Shown here in pieces: positions 16,893 through 27,751 of a stretch of DNA of 64,000 nucleotides. The stretch comes from Polyangium spumosum. GTDB lineage: Bacteria; Myxococcota_A; Polyangia; Polyangiales; Polyangiaceae. The stretch covers positions 160,685-224,684 of the forward strand of contig NZ_WJIE01000009.1 in assembly GCF_009649845.1 (NCBI RefSeq), read 5' to 3'. Under the pieces are notes generated by a model. It was not told where the DNA came from and searched no databases. It saw only the letters and a list, made by a program, of their open reading frames with translations. Each line of letters begins with the position of its first letter. Position 1 is the stretch's first letter. The translations under genes and the position numbers were made by a program.

Positions 16893-19009
16893 GGCTCCGC
16901 GCGCTCTCGCTGGTCCCGATCCTCGCGCTCGTTTCGCTGCGAGCGCTCGCCGAGCCCGCGCCGAACACGGCCGCGACCTCCATCGAGCCGCTGCCCGCTC
17001 CGTCCGGCCCCACCGCCGCGCCGGGGCGCAGCGTGGCCCTCGAGGTCTCGCCGCTGCTCGGGTCGACCTCGCCGACGCCCGCGGGCTGGAGCGGCTTCCT
17101 CGTGCGGGTGCAGAACAACGAGGCGAAGCCCTTGCGGGGCGAGGTCGAGGTGCTCTCGCGGCTGCACTCGAACCAGCAGCGCTTCCGCGCGACGGCGCCC
17201 TTCGTCGTCGGCGCGGGGACGAGCGTGATCGTGCGGCTGCCGACGCACGGCAACGTCTACGGCGAGACGAAGGTCGTCGCGCGGGACGACGCGGGCAACG
17301 AGCTCGGCACGCACACGACGGCCGTGACGAACGTGCAGGAGGTCTTCCTGCTCGACGTGAGCGAGACGTCGCGGCTGAAGGGCGCGATCGGCGACGCGTC
17401 GATCTCGCCGCTCTTCTCGCCGTGGGGCGGCTACGGCACGTACGGCTCGGGGCCGCAGATCAAGGTGGGATCGCCGCGCTTCGATCCGGCGACGGGAGAT
17501 CCGATCCTGCCCGATCGCGCCGCGCTCTACGCGCCTGCGTCGGCGGTGCTGCTGCGCTCGGACGTGCTCGTGAAGATCGGCGCGGCCGAGCTCGAGGCGC
17601 TCAGCGGGTACGTGCTCGCGGGCGGCACGCTCGCCGTCGCGCTCGCGCGGCCCGAGGATCTCAGGAGCCCCGTGCTCGCCGCCTTCGCGGGCGGCGAGAT
17701 CACGCAGACCTCGCCGCACTCCGAGACGCTGAAGGAGCTCGTCCTCCCCGCGGCGCCCTCGAACGCGACGAAGGAGATCCCGTTCGCCGAGGCGCCGAGC
17801 GAGGAGATCGGCAAGGCGCTCGCCGGCTTCTCGGGCGGCAACCTGCGCGGCAGCCGTTACGGGGCCTCCGCGACGTATGGCCTCGGCGAGGTCCACCTGC
17901 TCGCCTTCGATCCCACGCGCAAGCCCACCGTGGACGACCCGTGGGTGCAGGGGCGCGTGCTCGATCTGACGCGCAGGGCCTTCGATCGGAAGAGCAGCGT
18001 CGTCTACCGCCAGGGCGGCTCGCCCGGCACGGTGGACCTCGATCGTGTGCGCCAGGAGCTCGATCCGAACGAGGGCTCGCGCTGGGCCATCGCGGTCGCG
18101 GCGCTCTTGCTGATCGTCTACGCGGTCCTCGCCGGGCCGATGAACTTCACGATGAACGCGAACAAGGGCAAACCCCTGCGCGCGCTCGTCTGGCTGCCGA
18201 TCCTCTCGGCGGCCGCGTTCCTCGCCGTGGTGCTCATCGGCCTCGTCGCGAAGGGCCTCTCGGGCAGGTCGCGTCACCTCACGCTCGTCGAGGCGGGCGC
18301 GGGGATGACGAAGGGCACGGCGCGGCGGTGGCGCGGCTTCTTCACGCCTCGATCGAAGGACCTCACGGTCCGCACGAGTGACGGGACGAGCGTGGTCACG
18401 ACCGCGGTCGTGGCCTCGCCGGCGACGATCGACGATCACATGCTCGTCGATCGCGACGGCGCGCGGCTCGTCGATCTCGCGCTCTTGCCCTGGCAAACCG
18501 TGGTCGTGCGCGAGGACGGGTTCGCCGACGTGGGCGAGGGGATCTCCATCGTGCACGAGGGCGAGCAGGACACGGCCGTGACGAACCGCAGCGGCCGCGA
18601 TCTGCGGGCCGCGTTGCTCGTCTTGCCGGGCGTCACGCCGCGGTACTTCCCGATGATCAAGGACGGCGAGAAGGTGCTCGCGAGCGCGGGCAAGGACTGG
18701 AAGACCTCGACGCAGGGGGCCGGGTGGCTCCGGCAGGTCAGCGGCACGCGTCGCGCCGGATCGCTGGATCTGCACCCGCTCGGCTCGACCCACCTGCGCA
18801 CGCTGCTCGAGCCCGACGCGCCCGGGCTCGGCGAGGCGTGGTGGGCCGTGGAGGACAGTGCGGGCGGGCTCGTGGACTGGTTCCCCGAGGACGTGCCGGT
18901 GCTGCTCGGTCAGCTCGACGGCGGCGAAGGCAAGACCTCGGACGCGGGCCTGAAGCTCGAGCGTGATCGGCTGCTCGTGCGGATCGTCGGATACGGAGGT
19001 CGGCCGTGA
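16889..19009 (+). CDS. hypothetical exported/membrane protein, possibly an ABC-transporter auxiliary component
   Basis: Signal peptide and a central TM pair (WAIAVAALLLIVYAVLAG...LVWLPILSAAAFLAVVLIGLV). ATGA overlap with moxR and overlap with the downstream ABC ATPase. Confidence 0.45.
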   Translation: MRLRALSLVPILALVSLRALAEPAPNTAATSIEPLPAPSGPTAAPGRSVALEVSPLLGSTSPTPAGWSGFLVRVQNNEAKPLRGEVEVLSRLHSNQQRFRATAPFVVGAGTSVIVRLPTHGNVYGETKVVARDDAGNELGTHTTAVTNVQEVFLLDVSETSRLKGAIGDASISPLFSPWGGYGTYGSGPQIKVGSPRFDPATGDPILPDRAALYAPASAVLLRSDVLVKIGAAELEALSGYVLAGGTLAVALARPEDLRSPVLAAFAGGEITQTSPHSETLKELVLPAAPSNATKEIPFAEAPSEEIGKALAGFSGGNLRGSRYGASATYGLGEVHLLAFDPTRKPTVDDPWVQGRVLDLTRRAFDRKSSVVYRQGGSPGTVDLDRVRQELDPNEGSRWAIAVAALLLIVYAVLAGPMNFTMNANKGKPLRALVWLPILSAAAFLAVVLIGLVAKGLSGRSRHLTLVEAGAGMTKGTARRWRGFFTPRSKDLTVRTSDGTSVVTTAVVASPATIDDHMLVDRDGARLVDLALLPWQTVVVREDGFADVGEGISIVHEGEQDTAVTNRSGRDLRAALLVLPGVTPRYFPMIKDGEKVLASAGKDWKTSTQGAGWLRQVSGTRRAGSLDLHPLGSTHLRTLLEPDAPGLGEAWWAVEDSAGGLVDWFPEDVPVLLGQLDGGEGKTSDAGLKLERDRLLVRIVGYGGRP

Positions 19010-20223
19010 GCGAGCAGAGCGCGACGCCCGAGACCTGGGAAGAGCGATCCCCCGCGACCGCGGTCGAGCCGCCTGCCGTCGTCGCCGCGGCACCGCCCAC
19101 GATCCGCGTGCGCCACCTCTGGCATCGCTACGCGAACCGCGACGTCCTGCGTGACGTGACCTTCGACGTCGGCGCGGGCGAGATCTTCGGCTTCATCGGC
19201 CCGAACGGCGCCGGCAAGACCACGACGATCCGCGTGATGGCCACGCTGCTCGAGCCGATGGCCGGGCGCGTGGAGGTCGACGGGATCGACGTCACGCTCG
19301 ACCCCGAGGCCGTACGCAAGGTGATCGGCTACATGCCGGATCACGCGGGCGTCTACGATCGCATCACGGTGCGCGAGTACCTCGAGTTCTTCGCGGACTC
19401 GTTCCGCGTGCCCTCGATCAGCGTCGTCGACGCGGTCCTCGAGCTGACGGACCTCGGCAAGCTGCAGGACCGCCTCGTCGCCGAGATGTCGAAGGGCATG
19501 AAGCAGAGGCTGCAGCTCGCGCGCATCCTCCTGCACGATCCGAAGGTCCTCATCCTCGACGAGCCGGCGAGTGATCTCGATCCCCGCGCTCGCATCGAGA
19601 TCCGCGATCTCCTGCTGGAGCTGCGCGGCCTCGGCAAGACGATCTTCCTCTCGTCGCACATCCTCACGGAGCTCGCCGACGTCTGCACCTCGATCGGCAT
19701 CCTCGAGCGCGGCCGTCTCGTCGTCGCCGGGCCGATCCACGAGATCTCGGCGCGGCTCGAGGCGGTCCGCGCGGCCGAGGCGCACGGACATGCGCCGCCG
19801 CCGCGTTACGTGCCGCCGGGCGTACGCGCGCTCGTGCCCGCGCAGGCCGCGCAAGCCGCCGCGCCCGATCCCAGCGCGCCCGTGCCCATGCCGCCGGCGG
19901 GCGTGCCTCTCGTCGCGCCTCCGGGGCCGCTCCCGACGGCCGCGCCCGCGCCGCTCCCGCAGGCGCCGAGCGTGCGTCGGGTGAAGCTACGCGTGCTCGG
20001 CAACCCCGAGGCGGCCGCGTATTTCCTGCGCGGCGGGCCCGGGATCGTCGAGGTCACGGTCATGGGCGGCGTCGTGCACGTGGGCTACACGGGCACGGAG
20101 ACGAAGATCGCGGAGATGGTGACCCACCTCGTGCACCGCAACATCGGCATCGTCGGCGTGGAGCCGGAGAGAAACGAGCTCGAGCGGATCTTCCTCGAGG
20201 TCACGCGCGGAGACGTCCAATGA
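19006..20223 (+). CDS. ABC transporter ATP-binding protein (ABC-2 type) with a Pro/Ala-rich C-terminal extension
   Basis: Walker A GPNGAGKTT, signature LSKGMKQRLQLA and Walker B ILDEPASDLD. Confidence 0.8.
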   Translation: MSEQSATPETWEERSPATAVEPPAVVAAAPPTIRVRHLWHRYANRDVLRDVTFDVGAGEIFGFIGPNGAGKTTTIRVMATLLEPMAGRVEVDGIDVTLDPEAVRKVIGYMPDHAGVYDRITVREYLEFFADSFRVPSISVVDAVLELTDLGKLQDRLVAEMSKGMKQRLQLARILLHDPKVLILDEPASDLDPRARIEIRDLLLELRGLGKTIFLSSHILTELADVCTSIGILERGRLVVAGPIHEISARLEAVRAAEAHGHAPPPRYVPPGVRALVPAQAAQAAAPDPSAPVPMPPAGVPLVAPPGPLPTAAPAPLPQAPSVRRVKLRVLGNPEAAAYFLRGGPGIVEVTVMGGVVHVGYTGTETKIAEMVTHLVHRNIGIVGVEPERNELERIFLEVTRGDVQ

Positions 20224-21947
20224 GCGCGCAGACCGGCACCCAAGCGCCCGCGGGCTCCGCCTCGCGCCTGCGCCGCCTGCTCGACGATCCGAACCCGATC
20301 TGGATCCGCGAGCTGCGCCAGTCCGCGCGCCTCGTCCGCACGCCGATCATCCTCTGCGTGCTCTCGATCCTGGCCACGCTGGCGATCGCCGCGATCGGCG
20401 GCCTGGTCTCGATCAACGAGAGCCCCGCGACCACGGGTTACGTCCTCTTCCAGGTCTTCTTCTCGCTCGCGTACTTCGTGGTCACGTTCGTCGGGCCCGC
20501 GGTCGCGGCGAACGCGATCGCCTCGGAGCGCGAGGGCCGCACGTGGGAGGCCGTGATCCTCACGGGCCTGCGGCCTGCCGTCATCGCGCGTGGAAAGTTC
20601 CTCGCTGCGTACACGGCGATCAGCATGTACGTCGTGATGCTGGCGCCCGTCGGCGCGCTGCCGTTCCTCTTCGGCGGCGTCACGGCGACGGAGACGATCG
20701 TCGCGTTCCTCTTCCTGTTCCTCATCGCCGGCCTCGCGGTCGCCTTCGGGCTCGCGGTCAGCTCGAAGATGAACAGCCTGCGCGCCGCGCTCGTGGTCAC
20801 CTTGATCTGCGCGGTGATCGCCTCGCTCAACGTCTACGGCTGGTTCGGCGCGGGGCTCTCGGTCGCCGCGCATCACGCCTGGCCCGGCGTGCCGGAGGGT
20901 CCTCCCGTCTGGTTGCCCACGGCGTACGCGCGCGCGCCCTTCGATCTCACGTACGTCCTCTGCCTGATCGTCCTGCCGATCGTGGCGACGGCGATCCCTG
21001 CGTGGTTCCTCTACGAGGTCACGATCGCCAACCTCACGAGCGTCACCGACGATCGCTCGACGGGCCTGAAGCGCTGGTTCCTCGTGGCCGCGCCGGTCTC
21101 CGCGATCTGCGCCGGCGCGCCCATGGCGGCGGTGGATCCGCGCGACGTCGACGAGATCGCGGTCGCCGGCATCTGCGCGTTGCTCGTGTTCTTGATGTTC
21201 TCGGTCTACCTCTTCCTCGGCGACTCGCTCGGGCCCTCGCGGCGCGTGCGCTTGCACTGGGACAGGCAGGGCGTGCGCCGCTTCAAGCGCTTGCTCGGGC
21301 CGGGCATCCTCGGCACGTCGATGATGCAGCTCGGCGTGGGCGGGGCGGCGCTCGGCCTGGTGATCGGGGCGGGGATCATCGTCCAGTCGGTGGTCCGGGC
21401 GAGTCACGGGGGCGACCTCGGGGACATCCTCCTCGTCGGGCTCTACGCGGCCGCGTTTTACCTGTTCTCCGTGGGGTTCGGCGCGTTCTTGCGGGCGCGG
21501 TCGAGCACGCCGCTGCTCTCGCGGGTGCTCTTGCTCGCGGTGCATTTCCTGGTCGCCGTGGGGCCGTGGGTCGTGGCGGCGATCGCGGGCATCTTCGCGT
21601 CGCCGTCCGGGCGCGGCGCGCTCATCGTGGCGGCGCCGTCGCCGCTTTACGTCTTCGTCGCGATCGACGCGATCGGCAAGACGGGCGAGGAGCTGCTCAT
21701 CGTGGCCTCGGTGATCGCCTCGGCCGCGTGGGGCCTCTTCGGGATCCTGTTCCTCACCCTCGCGCGGAGCCGGGTGAACCGCGTCATCGCGGCGCACGAG
21801 GCCGCGCTCGGCGAGAGTGATCGGATCCTCGCCGAGGAGGACGCCGCGGCGGTGCGCGCGATGGAGGAAGCGGCGGCGCGAGCGGCCGCGCCTGCGCCTG
21901 CGCCCGCCCCGGAGCCCGAGCCCGAGCCCGAGCCCCAGGCGGGCTGA
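20220..21947 (+). CDS. polytopic membrane protein, ABC-2-family permease-like
   Basis: At least 10 predicted TM helices. Translationally coupled to the upstream ABC ATPase. Confidence 0.55.
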   Translation: MSAQTGTQAPAGSASRLRRLLDDPNPIWIRELRQSARLVRTPIILCVLSILATLAIAAIGGLVSINESPATTGYVLFQVFFSLAYFVVTFVGPAVAANAIASEREGRTWEAVILTGLRPAVIARGKFLAAYTAISMYVVMLAPVGALPFLFGGVTATETIVAFLFLFLIAGLAVAFGLAVSSKMNSLRAALVVTLICAVIASLNVYGWFGAGLSVAAHHAWPGVPEGPPVWLPTAYARAPFDLTYVLCLIVLPIVATAIPAWFLYEVTIANLTSVTDDRSTGLKRWFLVAAPVSAICAGAPMAAVDPRDVDEIAVAGICALLVFLMFSVYLFLGDSLGPSRRVRLHWDRQGVRRFKRLLGPGILGTSMMQLGVGGAALGLVIGAGIIVQSVVRASHGGDLGDILLVGLYAAAFYLFSVGFGAFLRARSSTPLLSRVLLLAVHFLVAVGPWVVAAIAGIFASPSGRGALIVAAPSPLYVFVAIDAIGKTGEELLIVASVIASAAWGLFGILFLTLARSRVNRVIAAHEAALGESDRILAEEDAAAVRAMEEAAARAAAPAPAPAPEPEPEPEPQAG

Positions 21948-21950
21948 TCC

Positions 21951-23930
21951 TCAGAGCTCACTGCAGAGCGGATCCCCCGGGGCGCACCCCCTTCGTGGCG
22001 CGGAGCTCGCCGGGCGGGGCGATGTCCCGGGGCTGAGCTCCAGGAGCTCGAGCAGGTCCACGAAGCGGGCCCGCTGCCCGCCGGGGTCCGCGCCGAGGTT
22101 TTTCCTGGCCATCGCCCTCACGTCCGCGAGCGTCACGTCCCCCTTGAACGGCGAATCTCGCAGGATCAACCCGAACGCCGCCACCGACGCCGCGAACCCG
22201 AAATCCGCGCTCGTCTCCCGATACCCCTCGTCGAGCAGCGGCACCTCGACCTCGCGGCTCGTTTGTCCCGACGCATCCTTGTACCGGACCCGCAGCGTCA
22301 ACAGATACGGCGTGCGTGGCGCCTCCGAGCCGCCCGAGGTGTCGGGCCTGGGTTCGAGCTCGTAGAGCGCCGTCACCGCCTGCCCGGCGTAGAGGTCGAC
22401 CGGGCCTTTCCACGCATCCAGAAACTCGCGCTCCGGGCCAGTCCGATCCTCGTTGCCGATCAGCCGGAACGATCGCACCCATACCGGATCGAAATCGACC
22501 TCGACCCGCACGTCCCTCGCGAGCGGCGCGCGTGTCCCCAGCGCCTCCTCGACCAGCTTGCGCGCGTCGTCCGGCCCCGTGATCGCTGCGAAGCCTCCCT
22601 TTCCCTCCTCGGCCAGGCGCTTCAGGGTTTGTCCGGCCGGTCCATCCATCGGGCCGAAGCCGAGCGTCGTCAGGGTGATGCCTGCCTTCGCCTTCTCCCG
22701 GACCGTGGCCGCGAGCCCGCTCTCCGCCGGATCGGCCGTGAAATGGTCGTCCGTCGCCAGGAAGACCCGGTTCACGCCGTCGACGAAATGCGCCTGTGCC
22801 TGCGCGAGGGCTCGCTGGATGAAATCGCCGGAGGGGGCGGCGTCGCTCGGCTTGAACTTGTCGATGGCGTCGAGGATCCGGCTTTTGTCGTCGCCCGGCG
22901 TCGGCGGCAGCCAAGGCTCCTGCGAGGCGCCTCTGTGCGCGAGGATCGTCAGCCGATCCTGCGCGTCGAGCCGCGAGGCCAGCCTGCGCAGGGCGGCCTG
23001 GAGCAATGAAAGTTTGTCCGGGTGATTCACGAAGGCCGGCGAATCGTCGATCACGAAGACCAGGTTCGCCCGGGGGCGGCTCGCCGGATCGATCGGCGCT
23101 GTCTTCAACGCGAGGCGCACGAGCCTGTGCGAAGGCGCCCACGGCGCCCGGTCGACCTCGGCGCGCGCGGCGAGCGGCTCGTCTCCGCTCGGGAGCGGGT
23201 CGTCGTAGGCGAATGCATTGACGAGCTCGTCGACACGCACGAGGTCCTTCGGCGGGCGGCGCGCGGCCTCCTCGATGAACCGCTCGACGAGCGAATACGA
23301 GACCGTGTCCACGTCGAGCGGGAACGTCGTGCGAGCGATGCTCGTCGTGTAGACGAACGGGTTCTCGTCGGCCCTCGGCCTCGATCGCGCGGTCAACCTG
23401 CGGAGCGCGGGGACCTTGAAGCCACCCGCGGCGGCCTTCCGCGCCCGCTCCTCCTGGAGATGCCGCAATCGCTCGCGACGCTCGACCGGGTCGACGTTCA
23501 CGTTTTTCGCGTCCTTCGCGTCTTGCTTTCGGCGCTCCTTCTCCTTCGCGTGCTCCCGCGCCTCGAAGGCCGCCATGTCCTGCATGGCCTGGAGCCTCGC
23601 CTCCTCCCTTTCCCGATGAAAGTGCATGACCCCGAGCGGGATCGCCGCGGCCGCGACGGCCGCCGCCGCGAGCAGCGTCCATCGAAGGATACGTCTTTCC
23701 TTCCGGCGCGTGGCTCGCTCCACCACGCGCCGATGCCCGTCCGAGAGCTCCGCGGGCGCCCGCTCCGCGAGCCCGTCGCGGAGCAGATCGGTCGTCGCCT
23801 GCAAGGCCTCGACCTCCGCGCGGATCTCCGGATCGGCCCCGATCTCCGCCGAAAGCGCGCGTCTTTTGTCCTCGTCGAGCTCGCCGAGCACGTAGGAGGC
23901 GAGGCGCGGATCCTCTTTCGAGAGCGTCAT
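21951..23930 (-). CDS. anti-sigma factor N-terminal domain fused to a vWA domain (YfbK/DUF3520-like)
   Basis: MTLSKEDPRLASYVLGELDEDKRRALSAEIGADPEIRAEVEALQ is anti-sigma-like. A TM segment follows. The vWA domain reads LVFVIDDSPAFVNHPDKLSLLQAALRRLASRLDAQDRLTILAH. ATGA start/stop overlap with the ECF sigma gene. Confidence 0.65.
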   Translation of the reverse strand: MTLSKEDPRLASYVLGELDEDKRRALSAEIGADPEIRAEVEALQATTDLLRDGLAERAPAELSDGHRRVVERATRRKERRILRWTLLAAAAVAAAAIPLGVMHFHREREEARLQAMQDMAAFEAREHAKEKERRKQDAKDAKNVNVDPVERRERLRHLQEERARKAAAGGFKVPALRRLTARSRPRADENPFVYTTSIARTTFPLDVDTVSYSLVERFIEEAARRPPKDLVRVDELVNAFAYDDPLPSGDEPLAARAEVDRAPWAPSHRLVRLALKTAPIDPASRPRANLVFVIDDSPAFVNHPDKLSLLQAALRRLASRLDAQDRLTILAHRGASQEPWLPPTPGDDKSRILDAIDKFKPSDAAPSGDFIQRALAQAQAHFVDGVNRVFLATDDHFTADPAESGLAATVREKAKAGITLTTLGFGPMDGPAGQTLKRLAEEGKGGFAAITGPDDARKLVEEALGTRAPLARDVRVEVDFDPVWVRSFRLIGNEDRTGPEREFLDAWKGPVDLYAGQAVTALYELEPRPDTSGGSEAPRTPYLLTLRVRYKDASGQTSREVEVPLLDEGYRETSADFGFAASVAAFGLILRDSPFKGDVTLADVRAMARKNLGADPGGQRARFVDLLELLELSPGTSPRPASSAPRRGCAPGDPLCSEL

Positions 23931-24454
23931 CGACTCCTCCTCCCGGCCGCGTGGTCTTTCTTCTCCATTTGCTCGCGCAACGCGCGCAGGGCCGTATGCA
24001 ACAGAAAACCCACGTTCGAGGCGCTCGTCCCGAGCACCTCCGCGATCTCCTGGTAGCTCAGGTCGCCGCTGAATTTGAGTAATACCGCCTCGCGTTGTCG
24101 CTCCGGCAGGGTATCGAGCGCGCCGAGGACACGGCGCATCGCGTCCCTGCGCTCGAGCGCCTCCGAGGGCCCGGGTTGATCGTCTCGCATGACCTCGTCC
24201 ACCTCCGCCACGCTCTCGACGTGTCGTTTGTCGCGCCGCACGTCGAGGGCCCGGTTGCGGCAGACGGTGAAGAGCCAGGCCCGAAGGTGCGGCTCCACCG
24301 CCGCCCGGTCCTGGTCGCACAAGCGCAGGAACGTGTCCTGCACCACGTCGGCCGCCTGTGCGGATCCCACGATCGCCGCCGCGTAACGGAGCAAAGGCGC
24401 TTCGTAACGCGAGAGCGCGAGGAGGACCCAGTGGCTCGTTGGTTCGCTCGGCAT
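23927..24454 (-). CDS. ECF (sigma-70 family) RNA polymerase sigma factor
   Basis: Region 2 (VQDTFLRL...WLFTVCRNRALDVRR) and region 4 (LPERQREAVLLKF...SYQEIAEVLGTSASNV). Confidence 0.8.
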   Translation of the reverse strand: MPSEPTSHWVLLALSRYEAPLLRYAAAIVGSAQAADVVQDTFLRLCDQDRAAVEPHLRAWLFTVCRNRALDVRRDKRHVESVAEVDEVMRDDQPGPSEALERRDAMRRVLGALDTLPERQREAVLLKFSGDLSYQEIAEVLGTSASNVGFLLHTALRALREQMEKKDHAAGRRSR

Positions 24455-24663
24455 GGGCGCGAAGAGCGTGTCGTTCGCTCGAAGAACGGCGGGGCGGGTG
24501 GTTTCTTAGAAAAAAAGTGCGCGGGGCGTGTCGGGGCGCTCCGGGTGGCTCTTTTCAAGCCCTAGCCCAGACGTTGCCTCCGCGCACCGGCGATCCCCGC
24601 GCCGACCCACCGGAGGGGCGAGGACACTTCCTCCCCGGCGTTGCGATGGGTTAGGATCCCGTC

Positions 24664-25221
24664 ATGGACGTCGCCACCCTGATCGCCCGGCGAGACCGCG
24701 GCGAGCCGCTCGATTTCTTGTTCTTCTGGGGCCATACGCCGGGCAAGGACGGCGAGCTCGGCGCGTTTTGTTTGAGCCAATGGTATCCCGCGCCGTTCGT
24801 CGTCCGCGGCGATCGATATGCCGCCGCCGAACATTTCATGATGGCCGAGAAGGCGCGGCTCTTCGGGGACGAGGAGACACGCGCGAAGATCCTCGCGACG
24901 GACGATCCGGGCAAGGCGAAGGCGCTCGGGCGCAAGGTGCGCAATTTCGACGAGGCGCGGTGGCGCGAGTTTCGGTACACGATCGTGGTGGAGGCGAGCC
25001 TCGCCAAGTTCGGGCAGAACGCGGCGCTCGGGGATTGGCTCCGGAAGACCGGGACGAAGATCCTCGTGGAGGCGAGCCCCAGGGACGCGATCTGGGGGAT
25101 CGGGCTCGGGGCGTCGGATCCACGCGCGACGGACCCGCGGGCCTGGCCGGGGCTGAATTTGCTGGGGTTTGCGCTCATGGAGGCGCGACAAGGGCTTGCC
25201 GACGCGGCGCGTCCTCGATAG
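24664..25221 (+). CDS. NADAR/YbiA (DUF1768) family protein
   Basis: FWGHT...FSQWY...GDRYAAAEHFMMAEKARLF...LGRKV..FD...W...LVEASPRDAIWGIG. Confidence 0.75.
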   Translation: MDVATLIARRDRGEPLDFLFFWGHTPGKDGELGAFCLSQWYPAPFVVRGDRYAAAEHFMMAEKARLFGDEETRAKILATDDPGKAKALGRKVRNFDEARWREFRYTIVVEASLAKFGQNAALGDWLRKTGTKILVEASPRDAIWGIGLGASDPRATDPRAWPGLNLLGFALMEARQGLADAARPR

Positions 25222-25268
25222 GCTCTCCCGTCCCGAATCCCGAGGGCGATAGGCGACGCGCGCAGCCG

Positions 25269-26737
25269 ATGAGTCGTGAGAGCGAAATCGATGTTCCGGT
25301 GAAGGCGGGCGACGTGATCGCCGGGAAATACCGCGTCGACCGGGTGCTCGGCGTGGGCGGCATGGGGGCCGTCGTCGCCGCCGAGCACACCGACCTCGAG
25401 CAGCGGGTCGCGATCAAGTTCATGCTGGAGGCCGCCGCCAAGAACGAGGTGGGCAAGAAGCGCTTTTTGCGCGAGGCCCAGGCGGCGACGAAGCTCAAGA
25501 GCGAGCACGTCACGCGGATGCTCGACTTCGGCACGCTCGAGGACGGGGTGCCGTACCTCGTGATGGAGCTGCTCGAGGGCGAGGACCTCGACGCGATGAT
25601 TCGCGCCGCCGGGAAGCTGCCGATCGAGGAGGCGTGCGAGATCGTCCTGCAGACCTGCGAGGCGCTCGCCGAGGCGCACGGGCGCGGCATCGTGCACCGG
25701 GACATCAAGCCGGCGAACCTCTTCGTGACCCGCCGCGCGGACGGGAGCCCCGCGGTGAAGGTGCTCGATTTCGGAATCGCCAAGCACCAGGATCCAGGGG
25801 CGATCGACGGCACCGCGCTCACGCGCAGCAACGCGCTGCTCGGCTCGCCGATGTACATGTCGCTCGAGCAGTTCCGCGCGGCGCGTGAGGTCGACGCGCG
25901 CAGCGACGTCTGGTCGCTCGGCGTGGTCTTGTACAAGGCGCTCACCGGGGCGATGCCCTTCGTCGCCGATTCGCTCGGATCGCTCATCATGGTGCTGATG
26001 ACCGAGGATCCGGAGCCGCCCGCGCGCCTCCGCGAGGACCTGCCCGGAGCGCTCGGCGATGTGGTGCTGCGTTGCCTGCAGAAGGCCCCGGCGGATCGAT
26101 TCCAGAGCGTCGCCGAGCTCGCGGACGCCCTCGCCCCGTTCGCGCCCGAGCGGTCGAGGCCGCTGCTCGATCGAATCCACGCGCACCTCGCCGCCCCGCA
26201 GGGCGCGGGCCACGCGCCGTCCGAGAAGACCGGAGATACGTCGCCCGGACAAACCACGGGTTCGACGCGCCTCGGGAAGAGCTCGTCCTCGGGCGAGCGC
26301 GCCTCGGCGCCCCCGATGGGGAAGACGGCCGCGACGTGGACGCAGACCGAGCCGGGGGCGCGGCCCTCGCGATCGGGGAAATGGTTCGTCCTGACAGGCG
26401 TGGCCGCGCTTCTGCTGGGCATTGCGGGGGCGCGCCTGCTCGGCGGGCGCGGCGAGGGGAAGGGCGTGACGGCGGAGCCGCCGCCGCCGCCGGCGGTCGA
26501 GGCGCCTCCGCCCGCCGTGACCGTCGCGCCTTCGCCGAGCGTGACCGTCGCGCCGGCCCCGAGCCCCGAGCCCAGCGACGCCGCGCCGCCCGCGTCGGCG
26601 ACGGCGTCCGCGCATGCGGCGACGCCCAGGGTCGCGGCGCCATTGAAGACCGGCGCCGCCGGGGCGAAGCCTGCTACGACCGAGGCGCCGAGCGCGGCGC
26701 CCGCGCCGAGCCTCGTCCCCGATTTCGGAGGTCGAAA

Positions 26738-26741
<4 letters not shown>
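25269..26741 (+). CDS. Ser/Thr protein kinase with C-terminal TM and Pro/Ala-rich tail
   Basis: VAIK, HRDIKPANL, DFG and SPMYMSLEQ kinase subdomains. The ATG at 25269 is chosen rather than the upstream ORF-track extension. Confidence 0.8.

Positions 26742-27750
<1,009 letters not shown>

Positions 27751-27751
<1 letters not shown>

Noticed and set aside
26072-26737. N-terminal 222-aa extension of the ORF 26072-27751 in the track
   Set aside because: It lies in an alternative frame inside the Ser/Thr kinase gene. The real product starts at GTG 26738 with a signal peptide, overlapping the kinase stop.
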